Source of the DNA: Octopus vulgaris
Lineage: Eukaryota
Assembly (NCBI GenBank): GCA_951406725.2
Contig: OX597832.1
Span: forward strand, 558,001-622,000
Length of the DNA: 64,000 nt
Reading direction: 5' to 3'
The translations under genes and the position numbers were made by a program. The notes beneath the pieces were generated by a model. It searched no databases and was not told the origin of the DNA. It saw nothing but the letters and a program-made list of their open reading frames with translations. Positions 15,288-28,699 of this stretch are shown one piece after another. How positions within the stretch are numbered: position 1 is the first letter of the stretch; each line of letters opens with the position of its first letter.

Positions 15288-15732
15288 TTAGGGAGTAAAT
15301 CCAAACTTAGAGGGAAAAATTAGATTTAGGATTAAATCAAATTTCACAGTATACATATAAATTAAATTAGAGATAAAACCACTATTAGGCAAATCAAACA
15401 GTGAAAGACATAAACCAAAACATAAAAATAAATATAATTAATATAATATACAAATTATACAAAATATAAAATTTAAAATTTATATTATTAAAAAATTTTT
15501 AATTTATATTTATAAATAAATTTTTATATTTAAAAAAATTTTTTTTTAATTTAAATATATAAAGTTTTAAAGTTTTAATTTTTTAATTTATTATTTTTAT
15601 TTCTATTTCTTATTTTTTTTGTTATTAAAAAAAAAAAAATTTATAACTATCAAAAAATATTAAAAAGTTTAATATAATATAAGTAAAACCACTTATTACT
15701 TATTACATATACTTATTATACTTATTACTTAT

Positions 15733-15953
15733 CTGGCAGACACGTTAGCGCGCCGGGCGAAATGCTTGGCGGTATTTCGTCTGTCGTTACGTTCTGAGTT
15801 CAAATTCCGCCGAGGTCGACTTTGCCTTTCATCCTTTCGGGGTCGATAAATAAAGTACCAGTTTCGCACCGGGGTCAATGTAATCGACTTAATCCCTTTG
15901 TCTGTCCTTGTTTGTCCCCTCTATGGTTATCCCCTTGTGGGCAATAAAGAAAT
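15733..15953 (+). mobile_element. tRNA-derived SINE (second Octopus-like family)
   Basis: TGGCAGA..CGTTAGC head, GAGTTCAAATTCC B box, core GACTTTGCCTTTCATCCTTTCGGGGTCGATAAA, AATAAAGAAA tail. Confidence 0.85.
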
Positions 15954-15999
15954 ATATATTATATTAAACTTTTTAATACTCTTTGATAGTTATAAAAAA

Positions 16000-18900
16000 A
16001 TGCAATCAACCCCTATGCATAGCACTCGTGGAAACTCACCTCAGCCCTGATATAGAGGATGCAGAAGTATAAGTAAAACCACTTATTACTTATTACATAT
16101 ACTTATTATACTTATTACTTATTATCTGGCAGACACGTTAGCGCGCCGGGCGAAATGCTTGGCGGTATTTCGTCTGTCGTTACGTTCTGAGTTCAAATTC
16201 CGCCGAGGTCGACTTTGCCTTTCATCTTTTCGGGGTCGATAAATAAAGTACCAGTTTCGCTTTTCCTCAAGGAATGCGATTAGTTTCTTTCTGACTATCC
16301 GTTCCATGACTTTGCTGATGTGTGAAGTCAGAGAGATAGGCCTATAGTTTTTGGCATCTGCTCTGCTTTCCCCTTTATGTATTGGGCATATTATTCCCTC
16401 CTTCAGCTTGCTTGGCAGTTTGCCATTTGTAAGAAAGCTCTGGAAGAGAATCTTGAGGGGTTTTGCCATACTGCGAACTGACAGAAGGGAAAGGAGCCAT
16501 GGTGGAGTTGCTGTATACATCCGAGATGACCTCACACCCCAGGTCTTAATGACATACTCAAATTCGGTATGTGACACTTTAATTGTATACATAGACAACA
16601 TAATATAGTCATATGCAATACATATTGCCCACCGGATGCTCCAAATCACATAGGCAAGCTTGAAGATTGCCTCACAAGAATTAAAGAAATCCTCATAAAT
16701 CTGGAACACCACATGACCATATTTCTTATGGGTGATTTCAACTTCCCCAACGTCAAATGGCCCGAAGGTATCATACACTCTCAGGAATGAATCATTGCAA
16801 GCAAGTACAGGTGGAGTCCCTGCTCAACCTCACCAATGCCTTATTCATGGAGCAAGTTGTACTCAAACCAGCTAGGGCGAATAACATTCTGGATCTCTGC
16901 TTCTTCACGAACGATATGGACATCATTCATGATGTGAAAGTGACACCGACATTAGTTTCGGATCACAACATAATAGAGCTGTCTATGTTTGGACCGAAAG
17001 TAACCAGAGACATACAGCCAAAAGGAAGCACCCAAAATCTCTCCAATCTGAACTTCCACAAAGCAGATTGGAAATCGATCCAAAAAGAGATCCTCAAAGA
17101 GGACTGGCCGGAATGTCTCTCCACACCATTGATATGAAACTAGAATGTTTCATGTCTTCTGTGCAAGCCGTATGCCAGAAATATCCCAGAGCACAAGGCC
17201 AAAACAAATAGGAGCAAGATTCCAAGAGACAGGAAGATCCTCATGAGACGACGGACGAAGGTTGCAAATCGTTTCAACCAACATCCCAAAAGTAGCGAAA
17301 CGTCCCGCCTAAAAACAACACTAATAGAGATCGAAAAAAGGTTGCAATAATCCTATGTGAGGGAGAAAGCAGACAAAGAAGCCTGGGTTATAAAAAAACA
17401 TTAAATCAAACCCAAAGGCCTTCTTTCATTACGCGAAAGAAACAGTCTCAGTGCACTACAAGATAGGACCCCTCCTCCAAAAGGATGGCTTCTTCACAGA
17501 CAGTCCAACTAAGATCAGTGAGATGCTGAATGAGCAGTTCGAAAGTGTCTTTACCACCCCGTTGGAACACAGACAAGTAAATGAACCAGTGGACTTCTTT
17601 GCCGCCTCACCTATAACCAGCGAGGCGGTTACAATAGAATGTATTGACATTAGCGAAGAAGATGTCCTACTAGCCATAGATGAAGTGGACACAAACTCAA
17701 CTGCTGGTCCAGATGGTTTCCCAGCAATCCTCCTCAAAGCGTGTAAGCATGCCCTGGCAAAACCCCTCAAGATTCTCTTCCAGAGCTTTCTTACAAATGG
17801 CAAACTGCCAAGCAAGCTGAAGGAGGGAATAATATGCCCAATACATAAAGGGGAAAGCAGAGCAGATGCCAAAAACTATAGGCCTATCTCTCTGACTTCA
17901 CACATCAGCAAAGTCATGGAACGGATAGTCAGAAAGAAACTAATCGCATTCCTTGAGGAAAATAACTTGCTGAGTGATACCCAGCATGGTTTTCGATCAG
18001 GTAGGAGCTGCCTGACCCAGCTCTTACAACATTATGTCTGGGTGTTGTTACTCAACAAATCAAATGTGGACGTAATCTACCTTGATTTTGCAAAAGCTTT
18101 TGACAAGGTGGATCATGGTATGATATGCCACAAACTGCGTGACCTCGGCATAGCTGGAAAACTTGGAGTGTGGTTACATGACTTCCTGAAAGATAGGAGT
18201 CAGGCAGTAGTGGTTAATGGAGCCACCTCTATGAACACACAAACAGTGAGCTGTGTTCCACAGGGCACTGTCTTGGGACCACTGCTTTTTATAGTGGCCC
18301 TCTCAGATATGCCCTCAAATGTCCGGATAGCCACTCTGGCAAGCTATGCAGACGATACGAAAGTCTCACAGAAAATACAGAATCCCAGCGATGTTGCACA
18401 CCTGCAGCAGGAGTTGGACTCAATCTACAGATGGGCTGAGGATAATAATATGCAGTTTAATGCTGAAAAATTCCAGGCCCTGCGCTACCAGCATCCAAAA
18501 CTGAATATTAAACTTACAGGATACACCGGTCCACAGGGAATTTCAATCCCAGAGTCTAAGTCTGTGAGGGACCTGGGTATCGACATGAGTGAGGATACCT
18601 CTTTCCAAGTGCACATTACCAGGATGGCGACAAAGTGCAGACGACTGGCTGGGTGAATCGTAAGAACATTCAAAACCAGAGATAAGGAAACCATGATGGT
18701 CCTCTGGCGGACATTCGTCCTCAGCCGCCTGGATTACTGCTCACAGCTATGGTCACCCAGCAGTGTGAAATTAACAGCGGACCTTGAAGCAATCCAGAGA
18801 AGATTCACAAAGAAGATCGTCTCTTTGCAACAGCTCAGCTACTGGGAAAGGTTGAAACAGCTAAGACTCTACTCCCTGGAGAGAAGACGGGAGAGGTATG

Positions 18901-19338
18901 CAGTAATATATGTTTGGAAGATCCTGGAAGGAATTGTGCCAAATTTTGGCATTGTAAGCTACACCAATGCTAGAACGGGACGACACTGCATAGTGCCAAA
19001 GATCCCAGCAATACCATCACGCTTCAGGACCAGCTACTGCAACAGCCTAGGTTTCAAGGGCCCACAGCTTTTTAATGTTCTCCCAAAGAGTCTGAGGAAT
19101 TAACACAAAGTAGATATCGCGGTTTTTAAATCAAAGCTGGATATCTTTCTGTCGAGAGTCCTAGATGAACCTACCTCACGGCAAGAGGTGCAAATGATAG
19201 TAGCTATATCAAACTCCATTCTTCACTAAGTGCCACATATTAGAGGAGGCTCTTCGCAATAATAGTGTAGCACAAAACGGCGGTGCATCAGCATGGCCGC
19301 AGCTCTGAGCTGAAACTAGAAAAACGGAAAAACGGAAA
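16000..19338 (+). mobile_element. CR1-clade LINE, ORF2 (APE endonuclease + RT), disrupted
   Basis: ETHL, HGGVAVYI, MGDFNFP, SDHN; NYRPISLTS, YLDFAKAFDKVDH, VPQGTVLGPLLF, YADDTK, SRLDYCSQLWSP, YSLERRRERY; short (GAAAAACG)-type tail repeat. Confidence 0.9.
17451..18656 (+). pseudogene. Reverse transcriptase domain of CR1-clade LINE
   Basis: 401-aa open segment with RT motifs, bounded by stops and frameshifts. Confidence 0.9.
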
Positions 19339-19692
19339 TATATATAAAAATAAATAAAAATAAAAAAAAAAGATAAAATAAAATTTAAAAAATAATAAAA
19401 AATTTTTTTAAAAAAGATAAAGACAAAAAAAAATTAAAATAATAATAATAAATTAAAAAATTAAAAGTTAAAAAATTTATATATTTGAATTTTAATTAAA
19501 AGTTTAAAAATTTAAATATTTGAATTTTTAAAAAAATTTTAAAATAAAAATTTATTTATAAATATAAATTAAAATTTTTTAAATAATATAAATTTAAAAT
19601 TTTATATTTTGTATAATTTGTATATTCTATTAATTATATTTATTTTTATGTTTTGGTTTGATTTGCCTAATAGTGGTTTTATCTCTAATTTA

Positions 19693-19732
<40 letters not shown>

Positions 19733-19814
19733 TTACACATAAATATACATACACACACACACATATTTAAGCTAAAATTGTCTGGGATGCGCGTCTTTTC
19801 TTCTGTCGGAAAAT

Positions 19815-19853
19815 TGAAATGGGTCATGGGACAAAATGTTTGAGAAACACTGC
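19815..19853. mobile_element. hAT (Charlie-like) terminal inverted repeat remnant
   Basis: ...GTTTGAGAAACACTG is the reverse complement of the CAGTGTTTCTCAAAC hAT-type terminus; partner end not found. Confidence 0.45.
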
Positions 19854-21289
19854 TCTAAAGTACACTTAGACTTGTAGTAGTGTCTCAGCACTAACAGTAC
19901 AAAATCTTTTAAAACTCATATCAAATATCGCACAAAAATCAGTAAGACAAACCCTTTGGGGATTGACAACCAATCCACAATTTTACTTATTGATATTTAA
20001 TAACAAGCAGGAAAACATTTTTGCTAGTACTGCTTCAGTGTCAGAAGAAATATTTTAAAGCAATTACTAACTAACCCATAAGCACAATGAAATCGTTCGC
20101 AGTGTCAAAGAAAATACCAGTTTTTTGGATGTTATGAGATGAGTTTGATGGAACAATTAAACTAAAATTGTATTTTGTGAAAAATATATGGGTTTGACTC
20201 GAACCAGAATGTTTTTTAATTTATATTTAGTTGAAATGTTTTCTTTTCGAAAAAGAAATTGACAGTGAGAGTGGACGAAACGTAAAGATAGAAATAGAAA
20301 ACGTTGTTTATTTTTAACTTTTCTATTTATAAGAGAAATGTAGCCTTCCACCAGTCTTCTTGTCTGTCTACTCCCACCATATTTATATAGGCTAGTAGGG
20401 GACTATGTAAGAATACTAATGAAGATGAATAGATATTCTACATTTCAATTTATTCTACAATAAATTGAACTTTATTTGCACACAAGGTATTATATAATAC
20501 GATATGACAACGTAGTTTCTATTATTTTCTATGCTTAAATTACCTGTTATTTCATCAGGCATATGTGAACTATTAGTAGACAAAAACCAATGTGTGAAGA
20601 AATCGGTCTCTTTATATATCAGTAGGTGTTTATCTCCATCACATCAATTCTAGGGAGTGGTATTAAATTAGAAACCCAGCCAATCAATAGTATTAACATA
20701 GTACCATCCGTTCATTCTATAGAAATGAGGGTGGTTGTCATCTGCCGACTTTAGACAGTATACATCTATCAACTATGGGTTCTGTGACTAGCATTTTACA
20801 AGCTAGTTCACATGTAATTGATAAGCTTTCGTTCAACAATCTTTTTGTCGCCAATTATTCTTTAAGCACCAGAAAACCAATAAAAGTAGGCGCATAAGGA
20901 AAATAATACAAACATTAAAAAGTATATAAATTAAAAAGCTAAAAAGTTAACCATCGTAAAAAATACAATTAATAAACACAATTAAAAACACAGCCATAAT
21001 ACTACTAATAAGAAAGCTGCAAAGGTGAATATAATAATAACACTGGTCAAACAGTATCATTCATCAAGCATTATTCATTGCTGCATAGTTCAGATGCAAT
21101 ATTTCATCATCTTAAATTAACCAATCAAGTTTTGTCTCAAATTGTCCAGTCTAAATTCTACATAAATTCTATATAAACTGTCTAATTCTACATAAACTGT
21201 AAAAAGTATAATAATTTTATATAGTTTTGTTAAAAATATATTAATGAAGGAATAGAACTGTCATCATCGGTCTTAAACTTATTCTCGCC

Positions 21290-21700
21290 AGTGTACATGA
21301 ACTGCGATACTGCATCATAGTGAGATATGGGAGATGTAGAGGACATGCGAAGGCTGGGAAGGAATGAGGCTGATATGCTCCGCTGGATAAGCGAGTCAGT
21401 GTGCTTTTATGACAGAGCGTTTATGACATGGGGAAGATGGGCATCAGAGAAATTACAAGCAGTGTGCTTGTAAGGAGACCGCGCTGGTTTGGTTAAGTGA
21501 TGCAGATGGAAGAGGATAGTTTCATAAAGAAGTGCAGATAACTTAAAGGGAAGGGAAGCTGTGGTAGAGGGAGACCCAGGAAGACAAGGGATGAAATATT
21601 GAAGGCTGATCTCAAGATTCTGAGCCTTACAAAGGAGATGACTAAAGACTGAGATATCTGGTGCATTGCAGTACTCAAAGAAGACTGGCCCACCACAAGA
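21290..21700 (+). mobile_element. RTE-like LINE 3' fragment
   Basis: RNEADMLRW, RWFG*VMQMEED, GSCGRGRPRKT. Confidence 0.75.
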
Positions 21701-22645
21701 AAATTACTATCATCTTGGATGAGCTTTCTACTAATATATCCATGCATGATCTTCTGCTGATATACGCTCATCCTTTCATCTGATGGTACATTGCGGTAGA
21801 GTTGTGTGATTTCTTTGGGCATGTATTTAAGGTTATCAGAAACGGAATGCTGCTGAAGGAACTATTTTCCAAGTTTTATGATGTTATCAGCCCCATGTAT
21901 GCAAACTTGATCAAGGAATGCACTTAGAAACTTGGTGGTTAATTGATGTTGCCAAAGGAATATGATACGACATTGAAAAGCAGTCTGGATCGATGTTAAA
22001 CCTCTGCTGCTTTGTTTTCACTTTAGGTAAAGGCAATCAATGTCATTGTTGATTTGGAAATTATGTGCTGATTAGTATTTTCCGGGTCTTCACAGCAATG
22101 GTTTGGATATCACCAAGCGTCCAATCAAGCAGCCTATGTTCGCATGTCTTTATGTTTGTCATCCACTACGCTTGTTCGTTTGGTCACATCCCCATGCATT
22201 CCACAAAAGAGAAATATAAAATAAGCATCAATTAAAAAAAAACAAGTACTGGAGCTGATTCGTTTGACTAAAACCTTCACAGTGATGTCCTAATATGGCT
22301 ACAGCCTAATAACTGGAACATTTAATAGATAAGATATATATATATATATATATATTGATAGGAAAAATATTTAATTTCGACGATACTGTAAAACAAGCCT
22401 TCCAAGATTTTATTGACTCTAGATTGCCAGGTTTTTACAGTTCCGGATTGGACAAGCTACTGCTGAAATAGCAAAAGTGTATTGACAATATGGGGGCATA
22501 CTTTGTATTTATAAAACATTAGCAAGCTATTTTTTCTTTTCCAAATTACATACTTGAGGACCTGATATATATATATATATATATATTGTTGTATTTAGGA
22601 AAGGTCATTTCGCCAGTTTAGCCAATATCAAAAATCTTGCAAAAC

Positions 22646-22952
<307 letters not shown>

Positions 22953-23046
22953 ATATCAGGGTAATAAAGATTTTAGAAATTTTTACTACTTGTAGCCTAG
23001 CGTGTAGAAAATTAGTCAATAGACTATATATATTATTCATATAAAT

Positions 23047-23533
23047 ATAGTGTACATTTAAACACATAAGAGGTATCCATCATAGGATACCTTTCTCACT
23101 TGAAGGAACAGCTAAAGTCCAAACGACTATTAGGGATAAGAAATCGAAGCGAATGAAAAATAAACATTTTTACCATCTATCTCCTGAACCATGGTTTCAG
23201 ACTTTTTTTTAGCAAATAAAATAATTTGCTAGGCGAAATCATCATCAACAGGTAAACATTAAATATTATAATGTATAATCAAGAGGCACATGCTGGATTT
23301 GCTTCGTACTTATATGTTTAATCTAGGCGTACCTATTGATGAAGACTTCACCAAGCAAATTGTTTTATTTGCTAAAAAAAAGTCTGAAACCATGGTCCAG
23401 GAGATAGATGGCACATGTTTTTATTTTTCATTCCCTTCAAGTTTTTATCTCTATTAGTGGTTTGGACTTTAGCTGTTCCTTCTAGCATGCAAGGAATCCT
23501 ATGATGGATACCTCTTATGTGCTTAAATGTACA

Positions 23534-23538
<5 letters not shown>
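23047..23538. repeat. Fold-back pair of hammerhead-bearing pLTR fragments
   Basis: About 23047-23254 is the reverse complement of about 23330-23538; a diverged relative lies at about 38510-38790. Confidence 0.9.
23332..23401 (+). ncRNA. Type I hammerhead ribozyme, PLE-type (U3 variant); mirror copy on the minus strand at about 23183-23252
   Basis: CCT.-TTGATGA-AGACT...AGTCT-GAAA-CCATGG-TC-CAGG. Confidence 0.65.
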
Positions 23539-23577
<39 letters not shown>

Positions 23578-23631
23578 GATCGTTAGCTCCTACACGCATT
23601 TGTTTTCTCTCCTTGTGTTTTTTTCTGTGTA

Positions 23632-23669
23632 TCTTTCTGTCGAAGAGCATAGGCTCGAAACGTAAAAGA
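23632..23669 (+). ncRNA. Minimal hammerhead-like motif in a solo pLTR (variant core CTGTCGA)
   Basis: TCTTT-CTGTCGA-A-GAGC.ATAG.GCTC-GAAA-CG-TA-AAAGA. Confidence 0.55.
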
Positions 23670-23779
23670 CTTGTTCTGTTTCTATTCCTGAGCGCCATAC
23701 TAATACATTAGTTTGTTTGTACTCCACCTGCCTTCGTCTTTTGTTTATTTTCGTAAACCTTCCCGTTATATATATATAT

Positions 23780-26700
23780 AATAGAAATATGTTACAAAAA
23801 GAAAATAGAAACTACACGTAGAAATGTAAGGGGAAAGTAAGAAGAAAAATAAGCGAAAGTGCACATTGGAAATAAAATAAGTAAAGGCTTTCTATGAAAA
23901 GTAACGAAAGATACATACAATTAAATGAAGTGAGGTAGGAATAAAAGTAATAAAAGTCATTATTGTGAATTGTTAAAGGGATTTAAAAGCATACCGGTTT
24001 CGTAAATTACTAATCATTGCTTTGAATCATTGCTTTGAATGCACACCAATTAATGAACAGCGTCAGGTCTATTAGTCCCTGAGAGAAAAGAGTATGTGTA
24101 AGGGAGGTAAGTAGTTCTGGATTTGGTGAAATTAGGGTAGATATAGATCTGTAATGTGAATGGTGTATGGGATATATAGGGGTCAGTGGCATTAATTGAA
24201 AGGTTAGTAGTGTTCTGTATTATATTATGTGTTCATATTTAATTGGGGAAGATATTTATTGATGAAAGTTGCCTCTTTATTAATTCTTTGTTGCACTGAG
24301 GTGTTCTGTGAACATTGATAGAAGGGGAAAATTATGAAATTAAGATTAAGATTCCTTGCACACCTTTCTATGTGTTCACTTACATGTATCTGTTTGTATT
24401 GTGGATGGCGGATTTGTTCTTTGTGAAGAGTGGTTCTTCGACGGAGTGATATTCCTGTTTGGTCAATATAGTTGATACCACATCCTAAGCATGTAATGGC
24501 ATAGACTAGATTTTCCGAGGCACAGGTGAAATTTGATTTGATCTTAAACATTTCACCTTGTTTAAAGTGGAATTCTGAACCCTCCAAAAGGTGGGGGCAT
24601 GTACCACGGTTAGGTCGACTACGTTTTTTCACTTTTGGTTCTGTTGTTAATGGATATAGTCTTGCGCTGGTTAATATTTTTTCAATGATTTAGGTTGCAT
24701 TTTGCTTTTGATAATTTTGTATGAGCTCAAAATTTTGTTCATTGTTTTATTTCCTGTGAGGATGGGAAGGTTTTGGATGATAATGTTGAAGGCTTCGTTG
24801 TTTCTAGGGTTATGCGTGGAGATGTACGGGAGTATTTTAAAGTCAGGTTTAGTATTTCGGTTGGCTTCCCTTAATGTTCGTATGTCTATTTCCTTAGCTC
24901 GTTTAATGCCATCATTTATTAATGATATTGGGAAATGTCTTTTAATTAGTATTGATCTGAGTTCAAGGAGTCTTCGTTCACGAGTATAGGTGTCCGAAAC
25001 TATGGTACAGATTCTTTTCGCTGGATTATAAGGTATATCAATTTTTATGCGTTTGGGGTGGCATGAGTTAAATAATAAGTATTGTTTAGAATCTGTGGGT
25101 TTATAATAGATGTCTGTTTCGATGTGGTTATTGACTATTTTAATTAGGATGTCAAGAAAAGGGAGTTGTTTACTGTTGTGTTCCATGGTGAATTGTACGA
25201 GGGGCGTTCAATAAGTAATGCCCCTGACCCACTTCCCATAGCAGTAGAGCAACGAAACTTGGCACAGTTATTAGTCTTTTTCTACATAGGAACCACCCAG
25301 AGTTACGCATTTCTCCCATTGCTTGATGCAACTCTGGAGACCGTTTTTGTAGAAGAACCCAGCTTGGTCCTCCAACCTCAACGTGACTTCAGAAATCAAG
25401 GCTGCATCATCTGGGAAACGCTTTCCTTTCAAAAACAACTTCATGACTGGGAAGAGGTGAAAATCAGAGGGTGCAACGTCAGGAAAGTACGGGGATGGGG
25501 GAGGAGTTCATAGCCACACGCCTGTGCTTCTGATCTGGCGACAAGCGAGTTGTGGACCGGAGCGTTGTCCTGCAGGAGGAGGATGCCTTTGCTGATCTTT
25601 CCCCGCCTCTTGATTTTGATAACTTCTCTTAATTTCCTCAAAAGTGAAGCATAATAGGCTCCTGCAAATGTGGTACCCTTTGCCAGGAAATCTGTCATCA
25701 CTACTCCGTCCTGGTCCCAGAAGACTGTGAGCATGACCTTGCCAGCGGAGGGCTGCACCCTTGCCTTCTTTGGAGGGGGTGAGTCACGATTCTTCCACTG
25801 CATTGACTGGGCTTTGGTCTCTGGATCATCGTGATGGACCCAGGTTTCATCCTGTGTAATCAGTCTTTTGAAAAATTTTGACTCATCTTCTTGGCACATC
25901 TCCAAATTCACCCTCGAGCACTCGACGCGTTCTTGCTTCTGGAAAGGCGTGAGCAGCCTGGGAATCCATCTGGCAGACACCTTTTGCATATGCAAATGGT
26001 CATGAATGATAGTTTCCACAGACCCGGTACTAATCTTGACCTCATGGGCTATTTGGCGAATAATTATGCGTCGATCTTCCAAAATGGCAGCCTCAACTTG
26101 ACGGACAGATGCTTCATCAATGGCAGAAGGGGGCGACCAGATCTGGGAGCTGTTTCCACAGAGTTCCGACCATGTTTGAATTCACGATGCCAGCGTTTTA
26201 CAAGGTCATATGATGGGGCATCATCACCATAAGTTACTTTCATTTCATCAAAAGTCTCCCGTGGTGTGCGTCCTTTCAAATACAAAAACCGGATCACTGC
26301 TCGACACTCAACAGGCTCCATTTCACACTTGACTCGGTTGAAACACCTGTAAATCAGAAACCACAATTAATTCAGAGCTGTAATTCGCCACTTAATCTAT
26401 AGAGATATAAATGATTGCACATGCAATTTCAGCTAGATCAAACAACTGCAAGTGGGTCAGAGGCATTACTTATTGAACGTCCCTCGTATATTGCTATTAA
26501 TATTGTAAAGCATTATTTTGAAATCGAGGAGTTTGTCCATGCTGTATTTCCAAAGTATAAAATAATTTATCGAAATACCTCTTCCAGTTCTTTAAATGAA
26601 ATGAGGTGCCATATTTTGTAGTGAGGATTGATATAACTTAAGCTCTAGGTAACCCATTACAAGGTTCGCAATCACTGGAGCAGCTCGGGTTCCCATTGCA

Positions 26701-27420
26701 ATTCCACATTTTTCTCGATAGTATTTTAGGTAAACCGTAGAATAGAGTAAGACTGTATTTAAAATTGGATAAATAGTCTATTTCTTTTTTAGTGAGGCTC
26801 TTTCCATGTATTTGAAGTAAGGAGGATAAGTTTTTAAGTGTCTTCTGTGGGTTGTATTGTATTATCTTCTCATATTATTTTCCAACATGGAGAGTATTAA
26901 ATTTTTGTAGTACTCTGTGTCCATCACCACTACAGCACTTCCTTTGTCGGCTTCTTTGATGGTGAGTTTATATACATATATATGGATAGATAGACTTATA
27001 TATATATATATATATGTATGTATATACATCCATACATACGTACGTACGTACGTACATACATACATACATACATACATACATACATACATACATACATACA
27101 TACATACATACATACATGCATGCATGCATGCATAATCGAAATCCGGCTACGTGGATGTCCTAAACTCCATAAACTTTTATGGTTGTGTATGTATGGTTTT
27201 GAATGTATTAATTGTTTCCGTTTCCTCGCCTACTGTTATTTCTCTTTTATCTTGGTGCTGTACGGTGGTTTAATTAAGACTTTAGGTATTATTTCTATCA
27301 GGTGTATGCTTTTATGCATCCTTACGCTTCGTGCAAATTTGCACTTTATAGCTAAATAATGCTATTTGCCTTCGGATCATCTATGTTACTACTTTAATTT
27401 TCTTTAAATTTTATCCACAG
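23780..27420 (-). mobile_element. Penelope-like element (RT thumb + GIY-YIG) interrupted by a mariner
   Basis: IKEADKGSAVVVMD, GIAMGTRAAP, LPFLDILI, YYKPTDSKQYL, NLVYAITCLGCGINYIDQT; the reading frame joins across the mariner (NINSNI|QFTMEH). Confidence 0.88.
25198..26486 (-). mobile_element. Full-length mariner (Tc1/mariner) transposon with frameshifted transposase
   Basis: TIRs CGAGGGGCGTTCAATAAGTAATGCC / GGCATTACTTATTGAACGTCCCTCG, TA duplications at 25196-97 and 26487-88, WIPRLL, DETW and QDNAPVH motifs; 1289 bp. Confidence 0.95.
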
Positions 27421-27515
27421 ATGATATTAATAGTAGTGACATCTTATTTCAAGTCTTAGTGTTTGAATGTTTCGTTTATACACTCAAACACACACGCACG
27501 CTCACACACATATAT

Positions 27516-27599
<84 letters not shown>

Positions 27600-27727
27600 A
27601 GCCGAAATTACTACGATGATCCGGTTCTTGACTGAAGACTGAGGGCTTCGAATGTCCTGTCTGTGTTTGTTGTATCGTCTTCTAAGTGTTATGCGTTCTT
27701 GTCACAGTTAGTATTTTTTTACATATC

Positions 27728-27767
<40 letters not shown>

Positions 27768-27794
27768 CATATACTTATAGGCATATCTTCCCAC

Positions 27795-27880
<86 letters not shown>

Positions 27881-28070
27881 CTCTACATAGTCATAAAAGA
27901 TTATGATATTATATACATCTTTTACAAATGGATTTGGAATATTACACCCTGGGATAGTCAACGAAGATTATCCAACACCACCGAACTAACTCTATAGAAG
28001 GTTGCTACTGGAGAAAATAATCCACCTCCGGCAACAGAGAGCAGTCGCCATATTCCCCTCCATATCGGCG

Positions 28071-28160
28071 AACTCTGATGAGCGTAAGGTTATATAATCG
28101 GATTTTTACCTAGCACTGCATTGTATTCCTTGCGCGAAACCGATTGGTAATATCAGTCGT
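28071..28160 (+). ncRNA. Hammerhead ribozyme remnant with an incomplete 3' strand
   Basis: CTGATGA-GCGTAAGG...CCTTGCGC-GAAAC-CGATTGGT.AAT.ATCAGTCG; cleavage triplet and stem I partner missing. Confidence 0.55.
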
Positions 28161-28191
28161 GATGGATATATTATACATTACATTTCGGATA

Positions 28192-28268
<77 letters not shown>

Positions 28269-28699
28269 TATGTATGCACGTATGTATGTACATATGTATG
28301 TATATATATATATATATATACATCTTTTGTTTTTTGCCAAATAAACACACGCACAATATATTCCTTCTCCACTCGTTTATTACTGTTCTTATTTTCACTT
28401 ATGTCCATTGTCCGAAAATCTTTCGTCACACGTCTGTAACCTCTTCTTTGACACTTTACGTCCACGTGTATGCTCCTACTTTGCTTAATCCATCCGGTTC
28501 TTCTATGATGTGTATCCTTAAATGCACATGCGTTTATGTCTGTATCTGTGTTTGTGTGTGTGCGTGCGTGTGTGTTGTTTGTATCTGTGCCTTTTACATA
28601 CAGTTTTTTATTTTGTTTTTATTTACTTATTTATCTCTATTTCTTATATTTCTCATAGGTATGTGCATGTTTGTCTTTTGTGTGTGTATTACACTGTTT

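Larger units (their letters stand above)
15286..19700. repeat. AT-rich fold-back element with nested SINE and CR1 insertions
   Basis: Left arm 15286-15680; right arm split into about 15955-15998 and 19340-19700; same family as the uninterrupted 60293-60915. Confidence 0.75.

Noticed and set aside
16122-16778. 218-aa minus-strand ORF with an RT-like NYRPISLTS segment
   Set aside because: Chance chimaera of the inverted 208-bp templated copy, antisense EN and SINE sequence.
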